A DNA stretch of 64,000 nt from Lingula anatina. Its lineage: Eukaryota; Animalia; Brachiopoda. The stretch is from assembly GCA_051362555.1 (NCBI GenBank), contig CM120641.1, positions 32,556,401-32,620,400 of the forward strand. Reading direction: 5' to 3'. Under the pieces are notes generated by a model that was not told where the DNA came from, searched no databases, and saw only the letters and a list, made by a program, of their open reading frames with translations. Below, piece after piece: positions 39,497-52,900 of this stretch (positions are counted from its first letter, which is position 1; every line of letters begins with the position of its first letter). The position numbers were made by a program, and so were the translations under genes.

Positions 39497-39713
39497 TTAA
39501 TTTGACAAAGGAGGCAAGTTGACAGGTTCTCCACCTTTTGACATTTCAAAGTCAAAAACATTTTTTCTACTATTTTCTTTTTCAAATGAAAGTTCCGAAA
39601 ATATTAATTTGACAAAGGAGGCAAGTTAACAGGCTCTCCACCTTCTGTCGTTTCAAAGTAAAAAACATTTTTTTCTACTGACCATTTTTTTCAAAAGAAA
39701 GTTACGAAAACAT
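39497..39713. repeat. Two-copy tandem duplication of about 107 bp
   Basis: ttaatttgacaaaggaggcaagtt.acagg.tctccacctt... starts at 39497 and again at 39604. Confidence 0.85.
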
Positions 39714-40363
39714 TAGTAAGACAATGATCCAGATATCATATGTATTTTGATATGTTTAAGTTCTTTAGTATTAAATTTGTTCAAGTTTATTCGTAGGAGC
39801 TGATATTAAAGTATACGATATTTCATGCTCATTTTGGCATCTTTATCGTTTCACGCACGACAAACATTTGAACACAATAAATAAACTAGAGATATGTAAT
39901 AAGGTAAATTCCAAAGATCCTAAAAGTTCGTTAATTTATACGTGTACCATTTAAAGTGACAAAGTGTAGGATTTTAAATGCGCGTTAGGCACATAGACTG
40001 TCTTCTGTTGGGCTTATTTAAAGACAAATAATACTTTTGGTCAAATTTTAACAAATAAATGCCATTAATTTATGTTGCCAAAAAATAACCAAATCTACCA
40101 TCTTCTACAGTTTTAAATAATGCGGAATCTGGAAACCAGTGTGAAAAGTGAGCTCAAAGGGATGGCAGAATTCGAAAAACCATGAAAACCCAAATTTGAC
40201 TTACACTGTAACAGCTTTTAGAATTTTCAACTTTGTTATGGGATGCTAGAGAGTGTTAGTGCAGGAGGATCAAAGGCAGATATTTCGCGGGGAAATCCTA
40301 CACTATGCACCGTTAAGAGATTTAACGTGTTCAGTCCTCTGTCTCCGGCGTGCACGAGGCATC

Positions 40364-43300
40364 TTATTTATCAACAGCCGCTCTACCAACGGTTACCGGG
40401 TCTTTCCCCGTGTTCTGAGCTACGTTGCTTTCTGGTTCGTTGTTTCCTTTGTTTCCTTGGGCTGAGAAACCAGTATCCATGTCTTTGGGCACCTTAAACT
40501 CCACCTCAGGCTGTGCTCTTGACGAGAGCTCATTTACAAGTCGCCTGTTATATTCTGCTGCTATAGCATCCATCAGTCGGCCTGCAAATTGGAGCTGTTT
40601 TTTAACATTTGCAATTCAAGACTCAAGTTTATTATATTACTTAAAGGGATAAAAACTGTTCGTATGAGACTCATATTTCACAATAAATATATTGTAAACA
40701 ACTCAGAAATATGAATTCTATTTTACCATAAATACAGCAGTTATCGCAATTATTATAGAATCTGCACTTGACATATGACCACGTGGACCTTCATAGATGG
40801 CTATACATCAGTAATTGTCTCTTTTAAGAGATTTATGAAAAAAAAACACACCTTTAAGAAAAAAAAAAAACATGGACTGACTTTGAATGCCGGTGTAACG
40901 AAACTGAGGTCCGTGTAACAGAGAGTCCGCCCTCCAATTTGTTATAATGGTTAGGGTTAGCATGTCATATGCAGGTCAAAATCTAGGGCGAGGCTTACCT
41001 GTACAAATTAATAGGAAGCCAACTGTCTATCAAGGAGGACTCTCTGTCACGTTACACCGCTGTAACAGGAATGGAAGTCCTAGGGATGGAAGTCCGGGCT
41101 CCTATATGGTTAGTATAGGTTAGGGTTAGTTGGAGTACAGCTCCTAGCGGACTTTCATTTCTGTTACAACGGAAAAATCGTAGTTTACCCCGAGAAAATT
41201 CAATTTTTGACCAAAACGACCAGTTTTTATCCTTTGAAAAATGCACCAAAATATGGAACTATGACTTTTCCAGACTGCCGCATCCTCTGTGCAGTTGATT
41301 GTTACATATCTACATGTCTAAATGTAAAAAGAATTTTGACTGGATTTAGAGAACATTGTCCAAATTCCAAGCACACAACACATGATCTTGTGTAGCTAAG
41401 AAAGTGCAAAATGACGTGTGGGGGGGGGGGAGGCTCGCTCATGAAGGCGAATTACATGACCGTATAAAAAGGCGTATTTCAAGCGCCAGCGAAGATGGGT
41501 ATCTGGTAGAAGTGAAGACATGTATTATATTTGAAAGAGAGGCTGAAGAGCAATATGAAAGTTTGCAGTGGAAGACTAATTAATCAACTTTTCAAATAGA
41601 TTACAAACGAAACTTCAAAGCTCTCGATTGGACAATTGTTTTTAAGTGAACGCTTGTATGATATTACTTGAGAAAACTTTTGAGGAAAAGCCTTGGTGTA
41701 CCATGGGTCACATGAAGAAGTAGTAAAAAATTAGGCCCAGCTTGCACTAAAGAATATTATCAAATAAGCTAATTGGCTATCGAAATGATGATACATTTGA
41801 ATTAAAGAAACATAAGAAAAAATAACATACCCACCACCCCGGCAACTTCCAACTGTCCCTTCTGTCGAGCATTTTCTTCTTTTTGGCGCAAGTAGTGCAT
41901 GAAGTCGTCGATACTTAATCTAGGAGCCGTTTTACCTATAAATTGTAGCATCGTGGTTGACATTAAATACCAATATTTGTTAAAGTAAAGACAGATATAC
42001 ATGAACAATACATGTGCATAAAAGTACGCTTTATAATACTGCAACCAACAACAAGCGAGAAGAATAACTTTTTAAGTGGGTGTACGTTGCACAGGTAGAA
42101 ATGGAAAACTTGAAAAAGACCATGCACAGATACTGGGAACAATTCGCATTCCATAGAACTAAAAAAAAAAACAAAAATAATAAACGGCCAAGGGGATGAA
42201 TTATAAGCCTGAAATGCTTTAATTAAAAAAATCAATTAAATTGTTTATTAGGTATGTATGAAAGGCCTCAGACCCATGATACTATGCTTATATACTTGTA
42301 TGTACAGAAATACACATATAAAGATGTATTAAAAAACAAATCAACAGTTGATAAATTGCTATTCTGCTATTCCGTTTACACTATATGAAAGCATTACATG
42401 TTAAGAGTATTTTTCCTAAGGCGAGAAACCTAACCAATGCAAATATTCTACCATAACGCATTAATATAATAAACAAGTTTTTTTTCTTTGGAGGGGTCCT
42501 CACGACTGATATTGTTTTCCAATTCTCGCTATAATTAGCCTGCGTGCGTGATATACTATTATGTTGTTTTCACAATGGCTGATGTCGAAACGTTTAAAAC
42601 CAGACACAGAAGCCATACTTGCATAATACTAAATGGATATCAGTTACAAAACCCGCTTCACTCTGATATGAAAAAAATTACTATGTTGTACACAAGCTTT
42701 CGAGCTGATTATTTAAAATACCCTGAACTGCTCAAGACCGAAGACAACCGACAGTATGCCATGAATTTCTTGTGGTAGTATATGAATATAGAGCACCTGC
42801 ATTAAAAAAACCCTGTGAAGAAACGGAAAAGCTTAATTACCTTGTTTCATTCCCGCCGTCATCCAATCGTAGAGCAAAGCGTTGATGATATTGTCTGCAA
42901 TCCCAAATGACTGAATGAACTTAGCAACACCCGCATTAGGGAACTCGGTAGGGAGTAGATCGGCAATTTTGAAAATGCGGTTTTCTGATACCGTGTCATT
43001 GGTCTGTGTTTGCTGATCTGGCCCTTGGGTCTCGGAGGTTGGCTTAGTCGTAGACACTTCCTTCTTCACATCAAGTTTAGACGCTTGGACCTTTACGGTA
43101 GAACCCTCGTTTTCTTTTGGGTGGCCTTGGTTAAGGGCTTTCACTTGACTTGTCTATTTTAAAAATAAATTTGTTAATCTATAAAATGTTTAAAGGGGAA
43201 GGAAAATCTTAGTGGGACTGACAAGAGAAATATATACATAAGTTCAATAAATTCATATAATGTGCCTTTGGGACAAAAGCTATAAAGTAGTTTGAATTGT

Positions 43301-45431
43301 AAACAGGAAGGCTGGGGGACTTCTGGTATAACTTCCCATATCAAAGGTCTAGAAAGATACGCTGTAGGCAAAACTAGAGAGACTTTCTTCTCTTTAGGGA
43401 TTTTAAATCTAATACTGAAGCTAAGAGGCCATCGGTAATTGGTCACGTTACTGCTATCCTCCTTGCAGAAGTACACAATGTACGAAGGTATCCACCGTCG
43501 TGATGTTTAGCTTACCGCTTCCATAAGGAGGAGTCTCGCGCCAACTTCTGCCTCTTGAAAGAGCTTCTCCATCTCCATAGCAACATCAGCTTTGTAAAAT
43601 GCCACCTCTTTGGGAGATATCTACAGAGAAATATGTGTCGAACGAAACGAATTAGGATTATAGTAGATTTAATATCTAATTATGAAAGAACAACACCCCT
43701 TCAAAACACCAATGTGGTGTGAAAACCGGAACCACACCAAATAAAGGAATAATCTGGGAACCATTTGACTATCATTTGATAGGGGGCACCTTTTCCATAT
43801 TAAATGTCATGTCTGTAATTGCTTTTTGATGTAATGAAAAATAACAGATTAAAAGTACCTCTTAAAGTGTGTCAATGCAGTTTCCACCTTAGTCAGAAAA
43901 GTTAAAGGGATAATAATTCTTCGTATGAGATATATATTTCACAATAAAAACATTGCAAACAACTCATAGAAATAAAATATATTCTGTTTTACCACAAAAA
44001 CGGCAGTTTTAGCAATTATTCTGATATCTGAACTTGTCATCAGGCCACTTGACCTCCATAGATGGCTATACTTTGTAATAATCTCTTAAGACATTAAGAG
44101 ATAATTACCAAAAAAAAAAAAACTTTTTAGAAAAAAAAACAGGGACTAACTTTGAATGTACAAATGGATTCGTTAACCATTGGTAAGTATGGGAAAAGTG
44201 TTGTTTACTCCAAGAAAATTCATTTTTTTTAGCCAAAATGAACAGTTATTATCCCTTTAATTTCATCTCTGCTCCTCGAACAAATATTCTAAAAAAGGTT
44301 TTGACGTTGTGAAGATATCGCTGACCTCAGGGGACATCATTAACGTTTCTTGTTAATATCAGCATATATGATCTACAGGTAAGGAATAATATCGGGAAAA
44401 TGAGGAGAGCATTTATTGCTTATTGTTCGGAAGTGTCTCAAATAATATGCCAGGGTTATGTTGCGTTCATGAAAGAGGCATCTATGTGCAATATCCCTTT
44501 AAATTAACATCGTTAATGATTACAGGCAAGGAAATTCGACCTATCCCTGGATATAATGAGTCTTTACCATGTTATTTTTCAAAGTCGGTTTAACTAGGTG
44601 AAAACGTTTTTTAGTTTGTTGTTAAATAACTCGGCGTTCATATATATATGTTGTGAATACGTTCCAGAAGATTAAAAACTCAATTCATAAAAAAAACATT
44701 GCATGTGTATGATGCGCAATTAAAACATTATTAGTGTAGGTAGTCAAGTCTTAAGGTCGGTGTGAAACATGTTTATCATATCCTTGAGTAGATGCCATTC
44801 TCCTTAACCTTATTTCCCCCTACATTAGCAAGTATTAAACAACCTACACTTACAATATGACGTAAATACTCGGACCTTCATTTCCTTCATATTTATTTCT
44901 TTCGGCAGTCACCACAATGCACGTTTTATTCACCAAACTGTGCTTTATCTGAATTTTTTCTTGATTTGTAAAGAATAAATAAATAAATAAATAAATAAAT
45001 AGATGAAAAAATCTGCAAACTAGCCTTGCCAACTAAAAATATCAAGAAGCCCAAATCTTTCTGTGAAAAAACTATGCGATTGCTTCCCATGATAAGACAA
45101 CAGGAGATCGTATCTCAAATGACTGATTAACCAATTAACATGAACATCTTTCAAACCCAACTTTACCAGTTTTGTCTTTTCCAATTCGTCCATTGCGTCC
45201 AGAAAGCCAGTGAAGTCATGAGTGGAGAGGATGACAGCTGCCACCTGCTCAGGGCTGAAAAGACTGCGAAGGACGCTCACCCTCGTCTGGAATGTACACA
45301 TAGCGACATACTAGGCTTCGCTCTGCTCTGCACAAATACCGTGATTTCGTTTTAAAGCATACCCATCAGGGGCGGATCCAGGATTATTTGAAGGGGGGGG
45401 GTGTCAGCGGATGCAAAGCTTCCCCCCCCTC

Positions 45432-45465
<34 letters not shown>

Positions 45466-48100
45466 ATTGGCGTAGGGTTCGGGGCTCGCTAAATTTTTGG
45501 TATTTTAGAGGGCGAACGGTGCCATTTGGTGCGGTTTAGAATAATGATTCAGCTAGCCAAAATTCTAATTTCAAGAGGGGACCAGAAGTCGAAGAGGGGG
45601 TCAAACCCCCCTGACCCCCCTTTAAATCCGCCACTGCCCATATGCTTTAGCTGAGCAAGCAGCTTGTTTAAGATATACCATGTAGATTTACTTATTCTCT
45701 GTTTATTTATCTTTTTATACATAAGTAATAATTTTATCTTAATTGTTGATGCACAACATTAACAAAACAAATGTATTACCTACACCGGTACATGTATAGC
45801 CATAATACTGTTATTATGTTTGTGCTGTCATGGGCTGACATTTTATACCAGTTTCTTAAACCAGCATCAAATTAGCAAACATGCGGTATTGTATCTCTAT
45901 TACAACTAAAGACTCACTTGGATTTCAGTAGGCAATTTTGCATTCACTTTCTCCTTGATCAAAGATTTTTCATGTCCATTAATCTGTCGGCTATGGTCCT
46001 CAAGATGACTGTTCACTGTACCCGACTTCAAATCTAAACAAGGCATATATAATTGTGTTTCAACGGAAAAAATGCAAAACAGAAATCAAAATCTGGGATA
46101 AATATATCATTTAACTTCAAAGGTACAGGGGCGTAATTTGGCAGAAAATACTGATGGAACAGACTTTGACCGCTTTCGACACTTTTTTCCATTACGTCCA
46201 ATGTCAGCTTCAGCTTACCTTTTCACTCAAAACTCTGGTATTCAAAGAAATTTTTCAAAACAATGATTTTTTGTCGTTATGATTAAAATCCAAGACTAAA
46301 GGTTTTTTATTGAAAAATTATTTAACGTCCTATAATTGTTAATATCCTTCTTTAAATATTGCCTTTTGTAAGACAACTGATAGACCCGTATAACTAAATA
46401 AACTATACTTAATTACAACGCATGTTTTTATCAAACACAGTGTTCGTCCTGTATGCCTTTACTAGCATGCAATGGTAATGTACATATGGTAAATAGATTT
46501 TGAAATGAATTAACACCTAAGTTTGGTGTTAATTTCAACGTGCTGTGTGAAACGCAAAGAATACCTTAATCAACCAAACCTAACATTTGGTATGGTATAA
46601 GTGAGAAGGTGAAGCGGAAATGTTTTCAGCATTAGCAACGACCAATACGTTGGTTTCTGAGTTACTTTGATCGTTTGTTATTTAACTGCTATTGCCAAAG
46701 TGCATTTGAAAGGATGAACATTGTTTATATATATTAACCATTTGGTTTTAATTTCAACGTATTTGTTTGCTTTTCGGTAGTATTGAATTTGGTGGCCACG
46801 TTGGAATTTTCAGACATGTTTTTATCTAGAATTATTATCATTATCAACGACTGTACCAAATTTTATGTTCATAAGTAAAATAATGATCCATTTACCATAT
46901 TGCTGGGAAAACATATGGTTCACATATGGCGGATCCAGGATCCGGCTAAGGAATATGATTTGGGGAACAAGGGGGGGATAAGGAGGGGACGTGGAAGAAC
47001 CAGAAAATTTTCGGCTTGCTTATGCCTCTATTTCACACAGACCACGAATCCCACAAATGGCCAGGAATTGACAAATTTCACGATTCGTGGTTGAATCGTA
47101 ATCAGCTCGTGAAGTTCTTAACAGATTCGTATATATTCGTAGTCAGTTCTTGCAATTCTTGATCAATCGGGAATTCGTGGCAAAAAATATAAGCTGTTCA
47201 AAGTTTTGGCCACGAACTCCCGATTCCAAAAAATCGTAGTGAATTTCTGGACAATATTCGTGCGATTCCAGTCGAATCCCACGAACATTTGTAACACTAT
47301 CGCACCTGTATCGTAACTGAATCGTAGAGCGTGTCGAATAAGACCAAAAATTGGCAAAATCTCACGAATCCTCACGAATCCTGAAATTTCTCAATTCCTG
47401 GCGATTCGTGGGATTCGTGGTCTGTGTGAAATAGGGGCCTTATCTAGAGAAGTTGCCATCTTGGATCCGCCTATACCATTTGCTTCTAAATTAAGTTACC
47501 TGCATCATTATTTACCAACTTCTGTATCTCAACCTCTTCCATTCCTTCTGCCTATATTTCAAAAAAAAAGAACAGCTCTTATATCGATTGCTTAGACCAA
47601 AAGGTTGTCTTTGTCACATATTGTTGTCACAAAGGTCGCAAAAATTTAAGCAAGCGTGCCTCAAAGGATGTCACTTGCTTTGACATCACCAATCGTTTTC
47701 AAATATTTCTACTAACGACCTTAAACAAAATGTGTAGAACCCTGCAACAATTACCTTTCACAAACATGAAAGTACTTTCTAGATTAATAAAATGACCAAT
47801 GAGAAATAAAAAAAAATTAAATAAACTGTTGTCTTACCTGTCCCTTACTTCCTTCAGCAGAAAGTCCTATGAAGAGAAATTTAGCATGAAGATTTTTCAC
47901 GCAAATACTGTTTATTTGAGTTTCGTCATTACAGTAAATAAAACCCATGTTCTTTATGAGTTTTTATGAGTTTTATAACATACATTTTGAAAAAATCAAA
48001 AGAACTCACCTGTTCTTGATACGTTGGAGTAAGGTGCTGCATGAATGATGACTGCAACAACCGCGAAATAAAGCAACCCAATACATACTTTTCCCGGCAT
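40364..48100 (-). CDS. Secreted helical protein (382 aa), candidate secretogranin-III-like granin
   Basis: Exons in transcript order: 48100-48010 (signal peptide MPGKVCIGLLYFAVVAVIIHA), 47866-47838, 47551-47500, 46033-45918, 45286-45167, 43620-43516, 43153-42841, 41935-41831, 40581-40364. All GT-AG, phases compatible, 1149 nt ending in TAA. The gene model is well supported; the granin identity is tentative. Confidence 0.8.
40645..41235 (+). mobile_element. Kolobok-like MITE carrying two nested TGT...ACA (Ginger-like) MITEs
   Basis: ttaa-AGGGATAAAAACTG ... CAGTTTTTATCCTT; the body aligns with 43906-44256. Inserts 40894-41056 and 41061-41168 are each TGTAAC...GTTACA, flanked by CCGG, CCGC and ACGG, and contain ggttagggttag. 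Confidence 0.7.
43906..44256 (+). mobile_element. Kolobok-like MITE (351 bp)
   Basis: TTAA on both flanks, TIR AGGGATAATAA / TTATTATCCCT, RR..YY termini. Confidence 0.8.
45367..45636. mobile_element. hAT-like MITE with 5-bp TSD and poly-C tract
   Basis: CAGGGGCGGAT ... ATCCGCCACTG, with CCCAT repeated on both flanks. Confidence 0.7.
47023..47439. mobile_element. PIF/Harbinger-like MITE, nested in a ggcggatcca..tggatccgcc element (about 46928-47471)
   Basis: About 30-bp TIR gcc.ctatttcacacagaccacgaatccc, TTA on both flanks, internal cacgaat/attcgt repeats. Confidence 0.8.
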
Positions 48101-48233
48101 TTTGCAAGAACCGTTATGTGCGATGTGAATATCTAGCTCTTGTGGTCAATGTTGAGAATGTCTCACACTTTACCACAAACGCCTATGTGTATCAACAACT
48201 AATCTGATGAGCTTTAGAATATCGAGCGTTAAT

Positions 48234-48640
48234 ATTGGTGTTCCACCGCGTAATACCAATTTAAGATCGCTTACGTCAGCCCAGATTTGTTGATACGATA
48301 CGGATAATGTGTTGGCAACAAGAATTTGCAAAACAATTTTTTATAAGAAAGATTTTGATACAGTACAAAAATTGTTATATTTCCACATTGCAAATGAAAT
48401 CATTTTATCATATCTAATAACATAATTGTTTTATCAACTGAAACTGTCTAGCGTATGTTAAGTCTATACATTCTAAAGGAATAAAGTGTTGAAACAACTG
48501 GTTAAAACTTTCATATATATACCCAAAAGTCATTTTTTATCGATTTTAAAAAAATTAGTACATTTAATACAGGTGTGATTCTAGTTTAAGATATGCCAGA
48601 GTGGTGGCGCTGCGATGCAGGAGGTTATTGAGTGACGTAA
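48234..48640 (-). promoter_or_regulatory. CRE-like and CCAAT motifs upstream of the secreted-protein gene
   Basis: TTACGTCA at 48271-48278, TGACGTAA at 48633-48640, ATTGG/CCAAT at about 48234-48260. Motif match only. Confidence 0.4.
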
Positions 48641-48887
48641 GCAGCATCAAAGCGTGTGAAGCCATTTTGGTTTATTCAGTTTCGGGTGCGGTTACTTCAA
48701 CTCAAGGCTTTCAACAAGTGTTTTCACACAAAAAGAGAAAAACCCTGAACATGGATATTATTTATAAATAAATAAATAAAAACAAACACCACAGTTCTAT
48801 CATTTATGTTTACAGTAAAGGTTAGGTAGCAAAGCAGATTACGAATATCTATAGTTTTTCACACGCGCGGGACCTGTCAACCGACTT

Positions 48888-49037
48888 GGGTTTCGTAACT
48901 CGAAAGCATCGCGAATTGCGATAGCGATATCACCTTTCATTTCGAGGCTATTATATGGGGTGAATAAATGCCAAGTTATGGAATAGAGACGCCTGCGCTC
49001 GGTCGCAATTCGCGATGCTTTTAAGTTACGGTGCCCT
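48888..49037. mobile_element. Small hairpin MITE
   Basis: cgtaact..aaagcatcgcgaattgcga is inverted against tcgcaattcgcgatgcttt..agttacg. Confidence 0.65.
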
Positions 49038-49394
49038 GTACGCGCTTCCTTCCGAATTACCTACAGGTGAAAGTAACCTAAGATATAAATAGTTTTTCAC
49101 ACCTGTGGAGTTTACCGCTGCCCACCAGGTAAGCCAGGCAAGTGGTCAAAATACAAAAAACTATCGGGTTGCTAGCAGCTCACACCCGTGCAACTTTTAC
49201 CGGTAGGCCTACTTCCGTCTCACACGTGATCAGTGCAGTAGTACGTCGAGAAAAATTTTGAAACCAGTAACATTTAAATATTTTATTCGACAACATACTT
49301 CTGCTTTGGATTGATTTTGAGCTCAAGATTCCTCTTCCTTTCGGCGGCCGCATGTGCACTTCGTCTGGACACGTCTCTTGTTGAAAGCGCTCTG

Positions 49395-49571
49395 GTCCCT
49401 GTTTCACAAAAAAAACTTAAGTCAGGTTCTCTGGCTAAGAACTTAATTACCAAGGTTACATGGCCACATGGGCACATCTCATCCTATCAGGTGCAGTGTT
49501 ACAGCACTCTCATGGAGATCCTAGTCAGCTAAGCCAGGGAACTGACTTAAGTTTTTTTGTGAAACTGGGAC
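49395..49571. mobile_element. PIF/Harbinger-like MITE
   Basis: TIR GTCCC.GTTTCACAAAAAAACTTAAGTCAG, with CTG on both flanks. Confidence 0.8.
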
Positions 49572-49897
49572 CTGGCATTAAATGTCGCATTTTGGTCGAA
49601 AATGCGAACAGTCGAACATACTGGGAAAAGCATCATCTCTGAGTTTTCGCCTTGCTTTCCTACCATAGAATTCAGCTCGAAGGTCTAGGTTCTAGCGTGT
49701 TTCGTCAATTAGCTTGAATTTTTTTAAACTTCAAAGCATTGATCCAACGTTGACGTTTTGCTGTCTCCGAAGGTAGGACAAAATATTGTATCTTTGATTA
49801 TGGTACCAGGGTACAATATAAATTTGCGGCATGTTGTTTTTATGACATCTAGACTTCTGGTCAACTGTCCCTGTGTTATCATTACAACAAACGCACA

Positions 49898-49924
49898 TGA
49901 CGTCACTAGAAACTGACCAATCAG
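49898..49924. promoter_or_regulatory. Perfect CRE plus NF-Y CCAAT box
   Basis: TGACGTCA at 49898-49905 and gaCCAATcag at 49915-49924. Confidence 0.4.
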
Positions 49925-52900
49925 AATTTTATCATTTAAGTCCCCCCTTTTCTCACTATGAATTCAAAAAAAAAACTTTTGTCGTCGATTTATAGTATAT
50001 ATACTGTTAATAAATCAGTTAACATTTTGTGTTTTATAGAAAGCAGTAAGTCTTTAAGGCATTTACCTCACTGCAACCAGGTATTTATATGGGTCTTTGA
50101 AATGATTTTGATTTTTATATTGTTTTGTTTCCTGAACCATATATTGTATGATCAAATAATTCTTATATTCATCCTTTCGCCAGCTAGATGATACCCCTCC
50201 TTGTTTCATATCCATGTGTTTTTCACAGTTTGAAACCATCTAAATTCGAAAACCCTATAAGTGCCAATGTCAAGAAACTTTTTTGTATGACATTCGCCAC
50301 ATGATCCTAATAATGGAGGTGGTCGTCATTTCTTTTTTCGGTGCAACTGAGAGAGCAGAACTATTGATATTCTCACTGTCGCGCCGTCACTATACGCCCT
50401 CACAGAATATTAAAGTATTGGGGTATTAATTTACTTACGTCTTAATTACTGGAGCTTTTCCATATATTATTACCATTACGTAGAAAATAAGCCATTAGGT
50501 CAGACAAGGTAAGCCATTAACTTCGGTGGAAGTCATTTTAACACGATACCCAAATGGATATTTAAGATATTATTTTAAGTAGGAAAACCAATAGGCAACA
50601 TACTTATCTTTTTATTGAATATATAACCTATGACCAACTGGGGATATCCATTAGTTCGCGTACTTACTGTTGCTCAAAGGGCTGTTATTCAACAAAAAAT
50701 AGACAACGTATAAGCCTATTTATAGCCTCCCTATAATAGGGATAGGTTTAATGCAAACATTTGACACTGTTTGCACTGATAATTTATACCAGCAGTTTTC
50801 GTGCGAATAGGACTTTGAAAATCTGTAGAAGAAAATATCCAGAAAACGAACTGTGCTTATCAGCATTTCGATGTTTATCCGCTCAAGTAACATGGACAGC
50901 GAATTAAGATCACAAGTAAGTATTTAAAAACGTGTTTTTAAGACGCTCGCCATTATCTTTTTGCATACATTTTTGGACGAGTTCTCTTTTCAAACGGCGT
51001 AGTAAGTTCATGGAAAGTGACGATCAACTTCTTCGTCTGCGATAGGCCTACTTAACTTTCAAAAGCTCCTGAGCTTTTTCCAACAACCAACCTTACTGCA
51101 AAAATAGGCCGTTTGAGTGCTTCTGATTTCTCGCCATTTACTGGGTTTTTCTGACCTGTGTGTCGAGACTTTGTGCTATCTCACTGGACTCACGAAAGAC
51201 AGCTAAAAACTTAAACTGGTTAAGTTGCTTCACAATAAAGCTTTAGGGCCGCTTACCCCGTTGTTGATGATACAGAGCAACACGTACAGGATTCAAACAT
51301 TGCTGTTCGCACATGTACATCGGTTGTATATATCTTTAAGTGTTTGTAGCAGTCAAGGTAAATGTCATCTGCCAAATTATAACCATGTGCATGTATGTGG
51401 TGGCTGTATTTCAGCAGGAATGGATAGAAGTGGCATAGCAATCATCTGCAAAAAGTTACATCAAACGAAGACGAGTGTCGGGTCATCTCGACCCGGAAGA
51501 CCTCATTCCCCCTTCACAAATCAAGTACTCCCTGGTATAGCAAAATTATAAGCTATATGATATAAGCTAAGCATAAATATCACTGAAAGGCACATAATAT
51601 GCATTAGAGTCACGCTTTATATTTCTGGTTATCCTAACACCTTTCTCTTAATCACAAAGATATACCATATCCATAACCGTAATTTTCTCAACCTTCGTGG
51701 ATAGGGTGCACATTGGAAATAAAATGTCAATTGCTAAAGCTTCAAGAAAATTATTTCTTTTTTATTTCAAAAATAAGTTCAACGCGCTTCGTGTGCATTT
51801 AAAGCCTTAACGTGTTTTCTTTTCTATGTCATTACATACAGTGCCATGTTGGCGTATATGTGATAGCGTACATGTACATCATTCAATATCGAGGAAGTGT
51901 CATGTTATCTAAAATCAATGTTTAATGTCACTCTCTGAGTAAAATACCACGGTCATTGACTCATCAATGCATTGGATACTAATCATAGGGCAATTCGGGA
52001 TGAAGCAAAAATCTTATACGCCGTTCTTCCTATATGTATCTTGCGAAATGCTACATCCATGAAGTCTATTTTTGTCGTATTTTGTCAGATTTCTGGATAG
52101 ATAATGGCCATACTGGTGACGTTAAGTAGCTTTAAGCATTAACGAACACTTCGTCAATTAAGTACAATTTATAGTTTGTATTGATCAACGGTATTCACTT
52201 GTATACCACATTTAAATGCCCACGCGAAATACAAGGAAAAAGGAGTGACTGAGCTAATATTTGACAGACCAGTTCACAAACTCACATAGATAATGTTCAT
52301 CAGACGGTTTCAAGTTTGTATGATAGCCACGTGACCAGAGTCGGAACATAGATTATGTTAATAAGAAGGTATAAGTATTTTGTAGAATAGCCCAGTGACC
52401 TCAAAGGGCCACCATCCTTCTGGGCATAGACACATAAAGGCGAACTGATTATCTGGGGGCTTTGTTGGCCCAGGCTTTTTAATACACTTTGCATAGGGAT
52501 ATTTCTGGTTAAGGGGCGATCCTTTGTCACTTGATTTCAAATTCCGTTCAACGGGTTTTCAGTAGGGTTTGCGTCTAGTGATGACGCAGGTGGATTCACC
52601 CTGGTGATGACTGGCTGGTGAAGCCACTCTTGGACTGCCCTAGTCCATGTTGTGTGGCATAAACATCGTGGAAAATAAACGGACTATTCCTGTCTCAATA
52701 AATGGATTTTATCAATGCCAAAGGTGTTGGTTCAGTATATCAATGGTTGAGGCTTATTATAACAGTTCACTAAGATCCACTAATACAGTAGTAACCGATG
52801 CATCCCAAACCATTATTGAAGTGTTGAAAAGTCAATTTTTTCTGGGAGATATAAAGTGACAGATACTCTTGATTCTCTGCCCATTCACGTTGTTAAGGGT

